Below are positions 48,792-59,611 of a stretch of DNA of 64,000 nucleotides, piece after piece. The position numbers and the translations under genes were made by a program. Below the pieces are notes generated by a model, which did no database searches, was not told the origin of the DNA, and saw nothing but the letters and a program-made list of their open reading frames with translations. This DNA is from Rebecca billardiae RCC1528 (lineage: Eukaryota > Protista > Haptophyta): NCBI GenBank assembly GCA_965240325.2, contig OZ251248.1, positions 992,001 to 1,056,000 on the forward strand, written 5' to 3'. Numbering within the stretch: position 1 is the stretch's first letter; every line of letters begins with the position of its first letter.

Positions 48792-50064
48792 ACACCTGCC
48801 GTGTGCGGCGCTGCGCACACTGCGCACACTGCGCACACTGCGCACACTGCGCGTCACCTGCGCGTGCCACGCGTGAGCGGCGTGTGTGCGCGCGCAGGCA
48901 GCCGGCAGGCAGCCCACACGCCTCCCACCCCCCCCACGCCCCCCCCCCCGCGCAGGCGTCCTGTACCTGCTGCTGCGCGTGCTGCTGCTGCAGCGGCACG
49001 ACTCTGCGTTCGCCCATGTCTCCGACCTCGGGCGGCTGCGCGCCGTGCGGCACGCGGGCGCGTACCTGGGGATGTATGGCGCGCTGCTCGGCGCGCTCGT
49101 GCTCGTGTACACGCTCAACGAGCGCGCGGCGGCGGCGGGGTGCGGCCGCGCGGCGGCGGGCGGCGCGGCGGCGGGCGGCGGCGCGGGCGCGGCGGGCGCG
49201 CGCGGCGGCGCGGCGGCCGCGGGCTCGGCGGCGCTCGGCGCGGCGGCGGAGGCGCTCGCGTCCGCGCGCGACGGCGCGGCGGCGCGCGCGGGGTGCGCGC
49301 GGCTGCGGCACGCGCTCGTCGCGCTCACCGCCGGCCGCCCCGCCCTCGCCTTCCTCGGCTGGGCGTACATCAACGCCGTGCCTTGCCTGCTGCTGCGCGG
49401 CTGCGCGGGCGCGCGCGCGCGCGCGCCCGCCGCGCGGGCGGCGGCGCGCTCGCGCTGAGCACGCTGCTGCTGCGCGGCGGCGGCGCGCGGCGCGGCGGCG
49501 CGGGCGCAAAGGGCGGCGGCGCGGGCGGCGGCGCCGCCGACGCCGACGGCTGCGCGGGCGCGGGCGCGGGCGCCTGCGCGGGCGCCGCCGGGCTGCGCCA
49601 GCCGCTGCTGCCGCCGCCGCAGCGCGGCGCGTGCGGCAGCGGCGCCGCCGCCGACTCGGCCGCCGCCGCCGCGCACGCGCCGCCGCCGCACGCGCCGCGC
49701 GCGCCCGTGCCGCCGGCCGAGCTGAGCGCCGCGCCCGCGTTCGGCGGCGTCGACCTCGAGGCCGCCGGCGGCGGCGGCCGCGCCGCCCTGCGCGCGTCGG
49801 TGCCGCAGCTCGCGGCCGCGTGGCCGCCGCGGCCCAACGCGCCGCCGGGCGGCGGCTCGGCGGCGCCGTCGCCGACCGAAGCGCAGACGCCCTCGCCGCC
49901 GCCCACGCCGCTGCGCGAGCCCGCCGCCGCCGGCCCGGCGTCCCCACCCGGCGTGGTGCAGCAGCTGCGGTACGAGCTGGTGTACGAGGCGATGGCGGGG
50001 ATCGGCGACGCGGCCAAGCTCGCGCTCGAGCACGCCAACGCGCGCAGGGGCGGCGGCGGCGCGC

Positions 50065-50096
<32 letters not shown>

Positions 50097-52420
50097 TACA
50101 CGCCGGCGGGCGCGCGCACGCCGCCGCGCGCCGCCGACGCGGGCGGCGCGGACGGCGGCGGCGGGCTGGGCGGCTACCTGGGCTGGGCGCTGCAGGGCGC
50201 GGCCGCGGCGGTGGGCGGCGGGCGCGCGCGCTCGCACTCGGGCGCGGACGAGTGGAGTGGTCGCTGGTCCGACGCGGGCGGCGGCGGCGGCGGCGGCGGC
50301 GGGCCCTGCGCTGCCGACGACGGCGGCGGCGCCGCCGCCGCCGCGGGCGCGGGCGCGGGCGACTCGGCCGCCGCGCCGCCGCGCGGCCGCGTGCGGCACT
50401 ACGCGCGCGCCGATTTCGAGGCGATCCGGCAGGCGTGCCGCATCGACGCGGCCGAGTACGCGCGCGCCTTCCCGCAGGCGCCCGAGGCGCTGCTCGGGCC
50501 GGACTGGCAGCGCAGGCTCGCGGAAAGCGTCTCTGAGGGCGCGAGTGGTGCGCGCCGAGCGCGCGCCGAGCGCACGCGCGCCGAGCGCGGAGCGCGCGCG
50601 CCGCGCGCGCGCCGCGCCGCGCGCGCGCCGAGCGGCACGTGGCGGCGGGTCTGACGCCGCCCCTGCGTGGCTGCGCGCGCGCGACGCGCGCAGGCTGCTT
50701 CTTCTACCGCGTGCGCCACGCCGACGGCTCGGACACCGGCTTCCTCGTCAAGCAGATCACGCCGGCTGAGAAGCGCGCGCTGCTGCGCATGCTGCCGGCA
50801 TACCGGGCGCACGTGTGCGCGCGGATGGGGCGCACGCTGCTGCACTACTACGGGTGCCACTCGGTCAGGCTACGGTGCGTGCGCGCGCGCCGGGGGGCAG
50901 GGGCGCCGCTGCCGCCGCTGCCGCTGCTGCCGCCGCCGGCTGCTGCTGCTGCTGCTGCTGCTGCCGCAGCGCGGTGGGAGCCATCACAACGCGCGCGCGC
51001 AACACACACGCGCGCGCGCACACGCACACGCACACGCACACGCACACGCACACGCACAACGCAAAGGGTGGCGATGGGGTGACTCCTGCGCGCACCCCGC
51101 CGCCCCCCTCGCCCCGCCCCTCGCAGCTGGGTGGCCTCCGTGCGCGTGTACTTCGTCGTGATGCGCAACTTCGTCCCCGTGGCACCGCACCTCGTCTTTG
51201 ACCTCAAGGGCGCCACCGCCAACCGCAGAGCCCTCGCCTCGTCCTCGCTGTTCCGGCTCGACTCGAGCGGCGGAAGGGCGGCCGCCGCGGACGGGGCGGG
51301 CGCGGCGGGCGCGGGCGAGGGGCGCGGCGTGGGCGGGTGCGGCGGCGCGCACGCCGCGCCGCCGGGCGGCTCGGCCGAGCCCTCCGCCCTCCTCGCCTCC
51401 GCCGCGTCTGTCGCGCCCTTCTTCCGAAGGTCGGAGCGAACTCGCATGGGCCGGTCCAAGTACGGCACGCTGCGTGACTGGGAGTGGCTGGACGTGGCGA
51501 TGGCGGCGGAGCTGCCGGCGGAGGAGCAGCTGCGGCTGGCGGAGACGCTCGAGGCGGACTGCGCGATGCTTGCCGGCCAGCGCGCCATCGACTATTCGCT
51601 CCTCGTCGCCGTCGCGCGCGTGGCGGACGCGGCGCGGCCGCGCGCCGCCGCGGCCGGCGCGGCCGGCGGCGGCGGCGGCGGCGGCGCGCTGAGCGGCGCG
51701 CACTACGGGGGCGGCGGCGGCGGGTGCAGCGCGCCGCCGACCATCTCCGCCACGCGCCGCCTCCCCGCCGCGCCCGGCGGCCCCTCCTCCGCCGCCGCCT
51801 CCGCCGCCCTCGACCCCATCGAGAAGGCGCGCGTGCTGCGGCGGCTGCAGGCGGCCGGCGGCATCATTTCGCGCGACCGCCAAAAGGTCTACTTTGTCGG
51901 GATGATCGATGCGCTGAGCACGCACTCGGTGGGCTGGGTGCTGCAGGCGCAGGCGCTGCGCGCGCTGTACACGGCGGCGTGCCGCCCCGCCGCCGCCGAC
52001 GGCATCACCGCCATGGCGCCGCACGCCTACGCGGAGCGGCTCGTCGCCTTTGTCGTCTCAGAGGTGCTCGCGCCCGAGTCGGAGCCGGCGCGCGCGCTGC
52101 GCGCGCGGCACGCGCGCGCGGTCGCGCGCTGGGCGCACCTGTGGGCGCGGCGGCGGCACGGGCTGCTGAGGGAGCGGATCGAGGCGGAGCGCGCCGACCT
52201 GACGATGCGCATCGCCGAGCTCGAGGGACTCATCCTCGAGCGGCTGCACGGCGGCGGCGGCGGCGGCGGCGGGAGCGGCGGCGGCGCGCCGCCGGGCGCG
52301 ATAGCGTCGCTGCACGCGGCGGCGCCGGGCGGCGGCGGCGGCTCGGCGGGCGGCGGCGGGCCGAGCGCGATGGCGCACCACGCGACGCCCGCGCTGCAGC
52401 ACCGCACCGGCTCGGGCTGA
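47243..52420 (+). CDS. GPCR-PIPK: N-terminal multi-TM receptor domain fused to a PIP 4/5-kinase domain (multi-exon; frame break near 49400-49460)
   Basis: Hydrophobic helices in exons 47243-47798 and from 48956. Linker LRYELVYEAMAGI. PIPK motifs SEGASG/CFFY, FLVKQI, YFVVMRN, FDLKGA, TLRDWEW, IDYSLLV, YFVGMIDAL and YAERL. Confidence 0.88.
47767..48813 (+). repeat. Tandem array: 12 full and 1 partial copies of a ~50-bp unit separated by variable (GT)n, in intron 1 of GPCR-PIPK
   Basis: Unit CCTGCCGTGTGCGGCGCTGTACACGGTCGGAGGTGTGTAGCCTCT(GT)nGGACA, period 80-92 bp. Confidence 0.97.
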
Positions 52421-52802
52421 CGGCCGACTCGGGCCCAGACGAGCCACTGGGCGCCGCCGGGCGCGCGCGTGGCTGCTGCTCAGGCTGCAGCGGCGGCGGC
52501 AGCCTCTCGGAAGCCACTACTCAGCAGCAGCGCAGCAGCCGCTCGGGCGGCATCGTCAGCAGTGGCGCGCCGCGGCGGCCGCCTATATATACTGCGCGCG
52601 ACGATGACTGCGCTCTTTCGTTCGCTCTATATCTCGATCTTATCGATCTGCTGCTGCTCAGCATCTGCTCTAGATGCTGCTGATCGTCGCGATGATGATG
52701 ATATCGATATACGCGCGCGTGCTCACTGCTCTAGAGCGCACTACCAGGGATCACCAGCAGTCACTGCAGTCGTCAGCGATATGATATGGAGCGATATCGT
52801 CG

Positions 52803-54350
52803 TCACGGCCGGCCGCGCAGCCCGTTGCCGGCCGCGCGCGCGGCCGCGGGCGTGTGCCCCGCCGCGCCGCCCGCGTCCGCCTGGCCGGCGCGCGCGTTGG
52901 CCGCGCCGAAGGTCACCTCCTTGGCGCGCACCGCCTGCCACTGCCGCGCCTCCGCACCGCCGCGCGCCGGCTCGCGCCGCGGCTGCCCGCGGCTGAGCCC
53001 GGCCGACGAGACGGCACGCACCGCCGCCCGGCCACCGCCGCCGCCCGGCGGCGGCGCGCGCTGCGCCGGCGCGGCCGCGGCGGCCACGGCCTCGAGCTGC
53101 GCGGCGCGCTCGTGCGCGCGCGCGCACGCGGCGCGCACGTCGTCGAGCTCGGCGTCCGCGTCGGCCAGCGCCGCGCGCGCCGCCGCGCCGCTCGCCTGCG
53201 CGGCGCCCAGCTCGGCGCGCAGCGCGGCCGCTTCGGCCGCCCTCCGGCGCAGCGCGCCCTCCGCGCGCGCCCTGCGGCGCGCACACACACACACGCACAC
53301 ACACACACACACATACGCGCGGCGCGGCGCGGCGAGCGGACGGCCGGCGCACGATGGCGGTGGCGCGCGCGCGCACGGGGGGCGTGAGGGCGCGTGCGCG
53401 CGCGGCGCGGCAGGGCGCGCGCGCGGCGCGCGCGCGCACCGCGCCGCCTCCTCCGCCGCCACCGACTCGGCCGCCGCCGCCGCCGCCACCTCCGCCGCCG
53501 CGGCCGCGACCGCGTGCCGCGCCGCCGCCGCGTCGGCCGCGGCGGCCGCGTCGGCGCGCGCGCGCTCGAGCTCGGCGGCGACGGCATCGGCGCGCGCCGC
53601 GGCGGCGCCGAGCTCCTTCGCCGCCTGCGCCGCCTCCGCCTCCGCGCGCGCGCGCTCGCCGTCCAGCGCCGCGCCCGCCTCCGCCGCCGCGCGCCGCGCC
53701 GCGTCCGCGTCCGCGCGCGCGCCGTCCGCGCGCGCGCGCGCGTCCGCGAGCGCGGCGCCGAGGCGCGCGGCGTCGGCGTCGGCGGCGTCGCGCGCGGCGC
53801 ACGCGTCGCCACGCTCCGCGCCCGCGCGCGCCGTCGCCGCGCGCGCCTCGCGCAGCGCCGCGGCCGCACCCTCGGCCGCCGCGGCCGCCGCCGCCTCGGC
53901 CGCGGCCGCGGCCGCGGCCGCCGCGCCGCCGTCCGCGTCGGCGAGCGCGGCGCGCAGCGCGGCCTCGCGCGCGGCCGCGTGGGCGGCGCGCGCGCGCGCG
54001 TCGGCGTCGGCGCGCGACGCTTCGGCGCGCGCCTCGCGCAGCGCCGCCGCCGCCGCCTCCGCCTCCGCGCGGCCGCGCGCGCCCGCCTCCGCCGTGGCCG
54101 CGTCGGCGGCGGCCGCGGCCGCCGCGGCCGCCGCCTCGGCCGCGTCGGCGCGCGCGGCCGCGTCGGCGAGCTGCGCGCGCGCGTCGCGCAGCGCGGCCTC
54201 GTGCGCGCGCGCCGCGCCGGAGGCGTGGTCCGCCGCCGCGCGCGCGCCCTCCGCCGCGCGCGCCTCCGCCGCCGCGGCCGCGGCCGCCGCGCCGCCGTCC
54301 GCGTCGGCGAGCGCGGCGCGCAGCGCGGCCGCGGCCGCGCGCTCGGCGGC

Positions 54351-54382
<32 letters not shown>

Positions 54383-54985
54383 CCGCGTCGCGCGCGCGCG
54401 CGTCCGCGCGCACGTGCGCCGCCTCCGCGCCCTCCGCGCGCGCCGCCTCCTCCGCCGCGCGCGCCAGGGCCGCCTCGGCGCGCGCGGCCGCCGCGGCCGC
54501 GTCCGCGCGCGCCACCGCCTCCGCCGCCGCAGCCTCCGCCGCCGCGGCCGCGCCGCGCGCGTGCGCGTGCGCGCGCGCGCGCTCGGCGCCGAGCTGCGCG
54601 TGTGCCGCCTCGAGCGCGGCCTGGGTGCCGTCGAGCTGCGCGCGCGCCGCCGCCAGCGCCGCTTCGAGCTCGGCGCCGCGCGCGCGCGCCGCGCGCAGCT
54701 CGGCAGCGGCGGCCGCCGCCGACGCGGCCGCCTCGGCCGCGGGCGGCTGCGGCGGCGGCGCGGCGCGCGCGGCCGCGGGCTCGGCGGCGGCGGGCCGGGC
54801 GCGCGGCTCAGCCGCCGCCTCCGCCTCCTCCGCCTCCTCCGCCTCGTCGCCGCCCAGGCTGCTGCTGGGCGGTGAGCTCAGGGTGCGCTCCAGCGCGAGG
54901 GGCGCGCACCCGTCGTCGACGTCGCTGCCGCCGCCCGCGTCGGCGGCGCGCGGCCGCGGCGGCGCGGCGGCGGCGGCGGCGTTGG

Positions 54986-55024
<39 letters not shown>

Positions 55025-55596
55025 CGATGAAGGCAAAGCCGTGCGTGCGCGGGCGTTGCGCGCTCTCGGCCGGGCCGCCGGGCTGCTGCGCGTACCGCAG
55101 GTTGGGCGGCGCGCCACGCGCGCCGCCGCCCGTGCGCACCGCGGGCAGCGGCGGCGGCGGCTGCGGTGCCGGCGGCGGCGGCTGCGGTGCCGGCGGCGGC
55201 GGCGGCGCGGCGCCGTGCGGCGCGGCGGCCGCGGCGGGCGGCGGCGGCGCGGGCGCTGCGCGCGCGCGGCCGTCGGCAGTGTCGCCGCGCGCGTCGAGCA
55301 GCGCGGCCGCGTGCGCGGAGGCCCAGACCCCGCCGCCCTCCGCACCGTCCACGCCGCCGCCGCCGCCCGCCGCGCCGCCGTCCGCGCGCCCGCGCCACTG
55401 CCGCCGCATGAGCGGACCGTCCGAAAGGCGGCGCGGGCGCGGCCGCCACGCGCCGGCGCGCGGCGGCGGGAGCTCGGCGACGACCGAGGCGTTGAGTGCG
55501 TCCGCGTCGGGCGCGTGCTCCTCCGCGCCCTCCGCCGCGCCGCCCGCCCACGCCGCCGCCGCGGCCGATTCGCCGCCGCCGCCCCACGCGTCGCGA

Positions 55597-55660
<64 letters not shown>

Positions 55661-57251
55661 CGGTGGCGTCGCTCGGCCGGCGCGCGCCGTGCACGCGCGG
55701 GTCGTACTCCGCGCGCCACGCGCGCGGCGGCGCCGCCTCGGCGTGTCGCCTCGCCGCGCGCGCGCCGCCGCCACCGCCATCGTCGTCGTCGTCGTCGGCC
55801 GAGCTGCCGCCGTCGGCCGCGGCGGCGGCGGCGGCGGCGCGCGCTCGCTCGCGAGGCGGCGCGCGCGGCTCGGCGAGTAGCGCGCGCGAGTTGTGCGGCC
55901 GCGCGCCGTAGAGGCGCTCCGCCGCCCACGCGGCGAGCTCGGCCTCCGCGTCCTCCCGCCCCGCGCCGCCGCGCCGCCCGTCCGCCGCCGAGTCGGAGCG
56001 CGCGGTGAGCGGCGGCGGCGGCGGCTGCGGCTGCGCCGCGTGCGGCGTGTGGGGCGGCGGCGGCGGCAGTGGCGGCGGCGGCGGCAGTGGCGGCGGCGGC
56101 GGCGGGTCCTTGGCGCGGACCTGCCACTCGGCGGCGCGCTCGGCGCCGCCGGCCACCGCGGCCTGCCGGTCGCGCCGGATCCGCTCGCGCATCGCCGCCG
56201 CCGCCGCCGCCGACGTGCCGCCAGCGCCGCCGCCGGCGGCGCGCGCGGCGGCGGCGGCGGCGCCGCCGCCGCCAGCGCCGGCGGCGCGCGCGCCCGGCGG
56301 CGCGCCGGCCGGCGGCGCGGGCGGCGCCGCGGCGTCGACGGCGGCGCGCGCGTCGGCGAGCGCGCGCGCCGCGGCGGCGCGCACTGCGCTCGACGGGTCC
56401 GCCTGGCGCAGCGCCTGCAGCGCGCCGAGCAGCCTCCCCTGCTGCGCGGCGAGCACGCGCGCGTGACAGACCAGCGCGGTCGCGATCGCCTCCGCCGCCG
56501 CCTTCCGCGTGGTGAAGTCAGCGGCGGCGCACGCGGCGAGGAGCGGCGGGGCGAAGGAGGGCGCGTACGGGCGGGCGGCGGGGCCCGAGGCCTGCAGGAA
56601 CGCGCCGCTCGCGCCGAGCAGCGCGGGCTGCGCGCCCAGCGTGCCGTTGTGCAGCAGACGGACCAGAACTGCATGGAGGCGCGCCGCGACGTCGTCGCCG
56701 AGCGGCCCGCACGCGCGCAGCGCGGCGGCGAGGCACGCGGCGGCGGTGGCCTGCTGCGCCTCGGCCTGCTCGGGGAGCAGCGCGAGCAGCGGCTTGAGGA
56801 AGTGCGCGGCCGACTCGACGTGCGGCAGCAGCGCGCACACGAGCTCGCCGACCGCGCGCGCGCACGCGTCGCGCAGCTCGCGGCCCGCACTCCCGTCGCG
56901 CACGTGCGCGAGGATGGCGGCGATGGCGCGCGGGAGGTGCGGGGCGAGCGCGGCGGGGTGGTGCGCCGCGAGCACGACGAGCAGCCGCACCGAGTCGCGC
57001 CGCGCGAGCTGCGCGTGGTGGCGGTTCGTCTTGGTGAGAACTTCGACAAAGATTCCGAGCTCGTCCGGCGCCGCCGCCTCGGCGAGCGCGGCGAGCTCGG
57101 CGTACGCGACGGGCTGCGTGTCGCGGCCCTCGAGGCGGGAGAGCGCGGCGAGCAGGCGCGGGCGCAGCCCGCCGCCGACGCCGCTGCCGCCGCTCGCCGT
57201 CGACGCCGCCGAGGTGGGGCGCGACCGTTGCGGCGGGCCCGGGATGGCCAT
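52803..57251 (-). CDS. TORTIFOLIA1/SPIRAL2-like HEAT-repeat microtubule-associated protein with long Ala-rich coiled coil
   Basis: N-terminal LRPRLLAALSRLEGRDTQPVAYAELAALA...ARRDSVRLLVVLAAHH...LAPHLPRAIAAILAHVRD...FLKPLL...DFTTRKAAAEAI follows the TOR1/SPR2 HEAT pattern. ATG at 57251. Probable in-frame intron at 53272-53439. Confidence 0.78.
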
Positions 57252-57440
57252 CGTCCCTGCCGCCTGCCGTCGCGACTGCCCAGTGGCGGAAGTTGGAGAG
57301 CTGCGCCGGACCGCTGCCGGGAAAGGAGTCCGGGCGGCACCGGCACGGCTTTCAAACCCGTCCGCTTGGAGCCGAAACGGCGCGCAATACTTCGTCCCAC
57401 CCCGATCCTCCTCGCGAGCAGCCGCGGGCGCGGACGGACG

Positions 57441-59037
57441 ATGGAGTCGAGCTGGGGCTGGACGCCGACGCGCAGGCCGGTGGAGCCGTCGATGAAGGAC
57501 ATCCTCGCCTTCGGCCCGCACGCGCACGCCGCCGCCGCCGACCCCGCCCACCCCGCCGCCGCGTGGCAGACCGAGACGCGCGCGCAATTTGCCTACGTGG
57601 CGGCGGGCGGGGCGCTCGTGCCCGTCGCGTACGCGGTGCCGTACGCGGTGCCGCACGCGGGGGCGTACGCTGGCGGCGTGCGCATGCACGACGGCGGCGC
57701 GTACGCCCACGCCGACTGGGCGGACTGGCAGCAGCAGCAGCAGCAGCAGCAGCGGCAGCAGCAGCAGGCGGCCGCGGCCGGCTCGCTCGACGGCCGCGCG
57801 ACGAGACAGACGTTCGAGGGCGGCGCCGCCGAGGGCGGCGTGGGCACGCCGCGCGGCGGCGGCGCGCGCGCGCGCCCCGGCAGCGCGACCGCCCGCGGCA
57901 CCGACGCGGGAGAGCCGACGCGGACGCCAGTCGCCGCCCTTGCGCGCGCGCACTCGGACCAGGGGATCGCGCCGCGCGGCCGCGGCGGCGGCGGCGGGGG
58001 CGCGGCTCGCGGGCTCGGGCTGGACGGCTCGGGCGCGGCGTCCGAGCCCGAGGCCGACGGGCTGCGCCGCCGGCCGGCGTCCGCGCGCGACCTCACCGCC
58101 GCGCGCGCAGAGGCGGCGCGGCGCGCGCGCGCGTCGAGCGCCGCCTCCGCCGCCTCGCGGCTGAGCAATGCCGAGCGCCCGCCGTGGCGCGTGCCCGGCG
58201 TGGCGTCGAGCTGCCCCAGCGCGCGCCGGCGCGCCGCGCTCGCCGAGCTCGAGAACGTCAAGGTGCGCGCGCGCGCCCGCGCCGGCGCGTGCGCGCCGCC
58301 AGCGCTCACGCGCGCGCGCGCGCCTCCTCCGCCGCCGCCGCGCGCCACCGCGCGCGATGCGATGCGCCGCGCGCCGCACGCAGCTGGCGGCGGAGGAGGC
58401 GCGGCGCGCGTCGGCCAAGCGCGCGCCGCTCTCGCCCGCCAAGCGCGGCGCGCGGTTCGACTACGACTCGGTCGAGACCACCAGCCGCGAGATCGGCATC
58501 TCGCAGCGCGAGCTCGGCGCGAGCTCGCAGCCGCGCGAGATTGCGATCTCGGCGCGCGAGGCAGACGACGCCGCGCGCCGCGCCGCCGCCGCCGCCGGCC
58601 GCGCGACGGAGCGCGAGCGCGAGGGCGGCGCGGCGGCGGCGATGCGCGGTGGCGCGCAGGCGCATGCCGAGCAGCGGCGGGGCGCCGCCGCTGTGGCCGG
58701 CGGCTGGGTGGCGGCGGCGGGCGCCGACGCGGACGGCGCGCGCGCGCGCGGCGGCGCGCGCGCCGCCTGGCCCGCCGCCGCCACCGACGCGGCCGCGGCG
58801 AGTGGCGCCGGCCCGTTCGGCGCGGGCGGCGGCGGCGGCTCGCCGACCTCCGTCGCGTACCGCTACGCGCCCTTCGAGCCGCCGCCGCCGCAGCTCCTCG
58901 ACCCGCGCAGCTACCGCGGCCTGCCGCCGCCCGCGCTGCATCAGATACCGGCAGCGGGCGTGCCCTCGCGCCGGGTGGACAACTTCGCGCCGCCCGACGA
59001 GGGGTGGGGCTGGGAGCACGCGGCGGGCGTGTACTGA
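57441..59037 (+). CDS. Hypothetical protein (two probable exons)
   Basis: ATG at 57441 (MESSWGWTPTRRPVEPSMKDILAFG). Donor AAG|GTGCGC at about 58263, acceptor GCAG at about 58383. Second exon ends WGWEHAAGVY*. Confidence 0.55.
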
Positions 59038-59611
59038 TTCGGCGCGCGGAACCCCCCGTTTCGCCGCCGGACCGGAGCAGCGGGGCATCGGGGGCGGCGG
59101 CGGGCGCGCTGGGCGTGGCTGGCGCTGCGCTGCCGCCCGATCCGGAGCAGGACAGGCGGCGGCGGGGGCGGGCGGGTCCGGAGAACGGACCGTTGTGCCG
59201 GGCGCAGTGGAGCCCTTCGGCTGGACGAGTCGGCACCTGCGCGCGCGCCGTGCACGTGAGCGCGGGCTACGCGCACAGCAGCCGCCCGGCTCGGCCGCTG
59301 GCGGTGGTGGCCGTGGACCGTCTGGGAGTGGCGTGGAACGGGACGCGATGCGGCCCGGATGGGCGGCGGCACTCAGTGCGTCACTCACTCTGTCTCTCGG
59401 GCGTGGGTCCGCGTCGCCACAGAATCGGTCAGTGACTCCGGCGTGTCGCGGGGCCACGGCGTGACGGTGATGACCCACTGACTGACTGAGCCGAGAGCCG
59501 GCTCTACAGCCAGCGAGTATGGTACCGCATGACGTTGGGCACCTGTGTCCGTGCGCATGATTGTGTCATTTGTGTCCGGTGTGTCGTTCACTTTTGAAGT
59601 TGTCGCTGCGG

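Noticed and set aside
47767-48813. CRISPR-like appearance (constant repeat plus ~35-bp spacers)
   Set aside because: Spacers are pure (GT)n, the repeat is copied from the adjacent exon, the context is a eukaryotic intron, and there are no cas genes.
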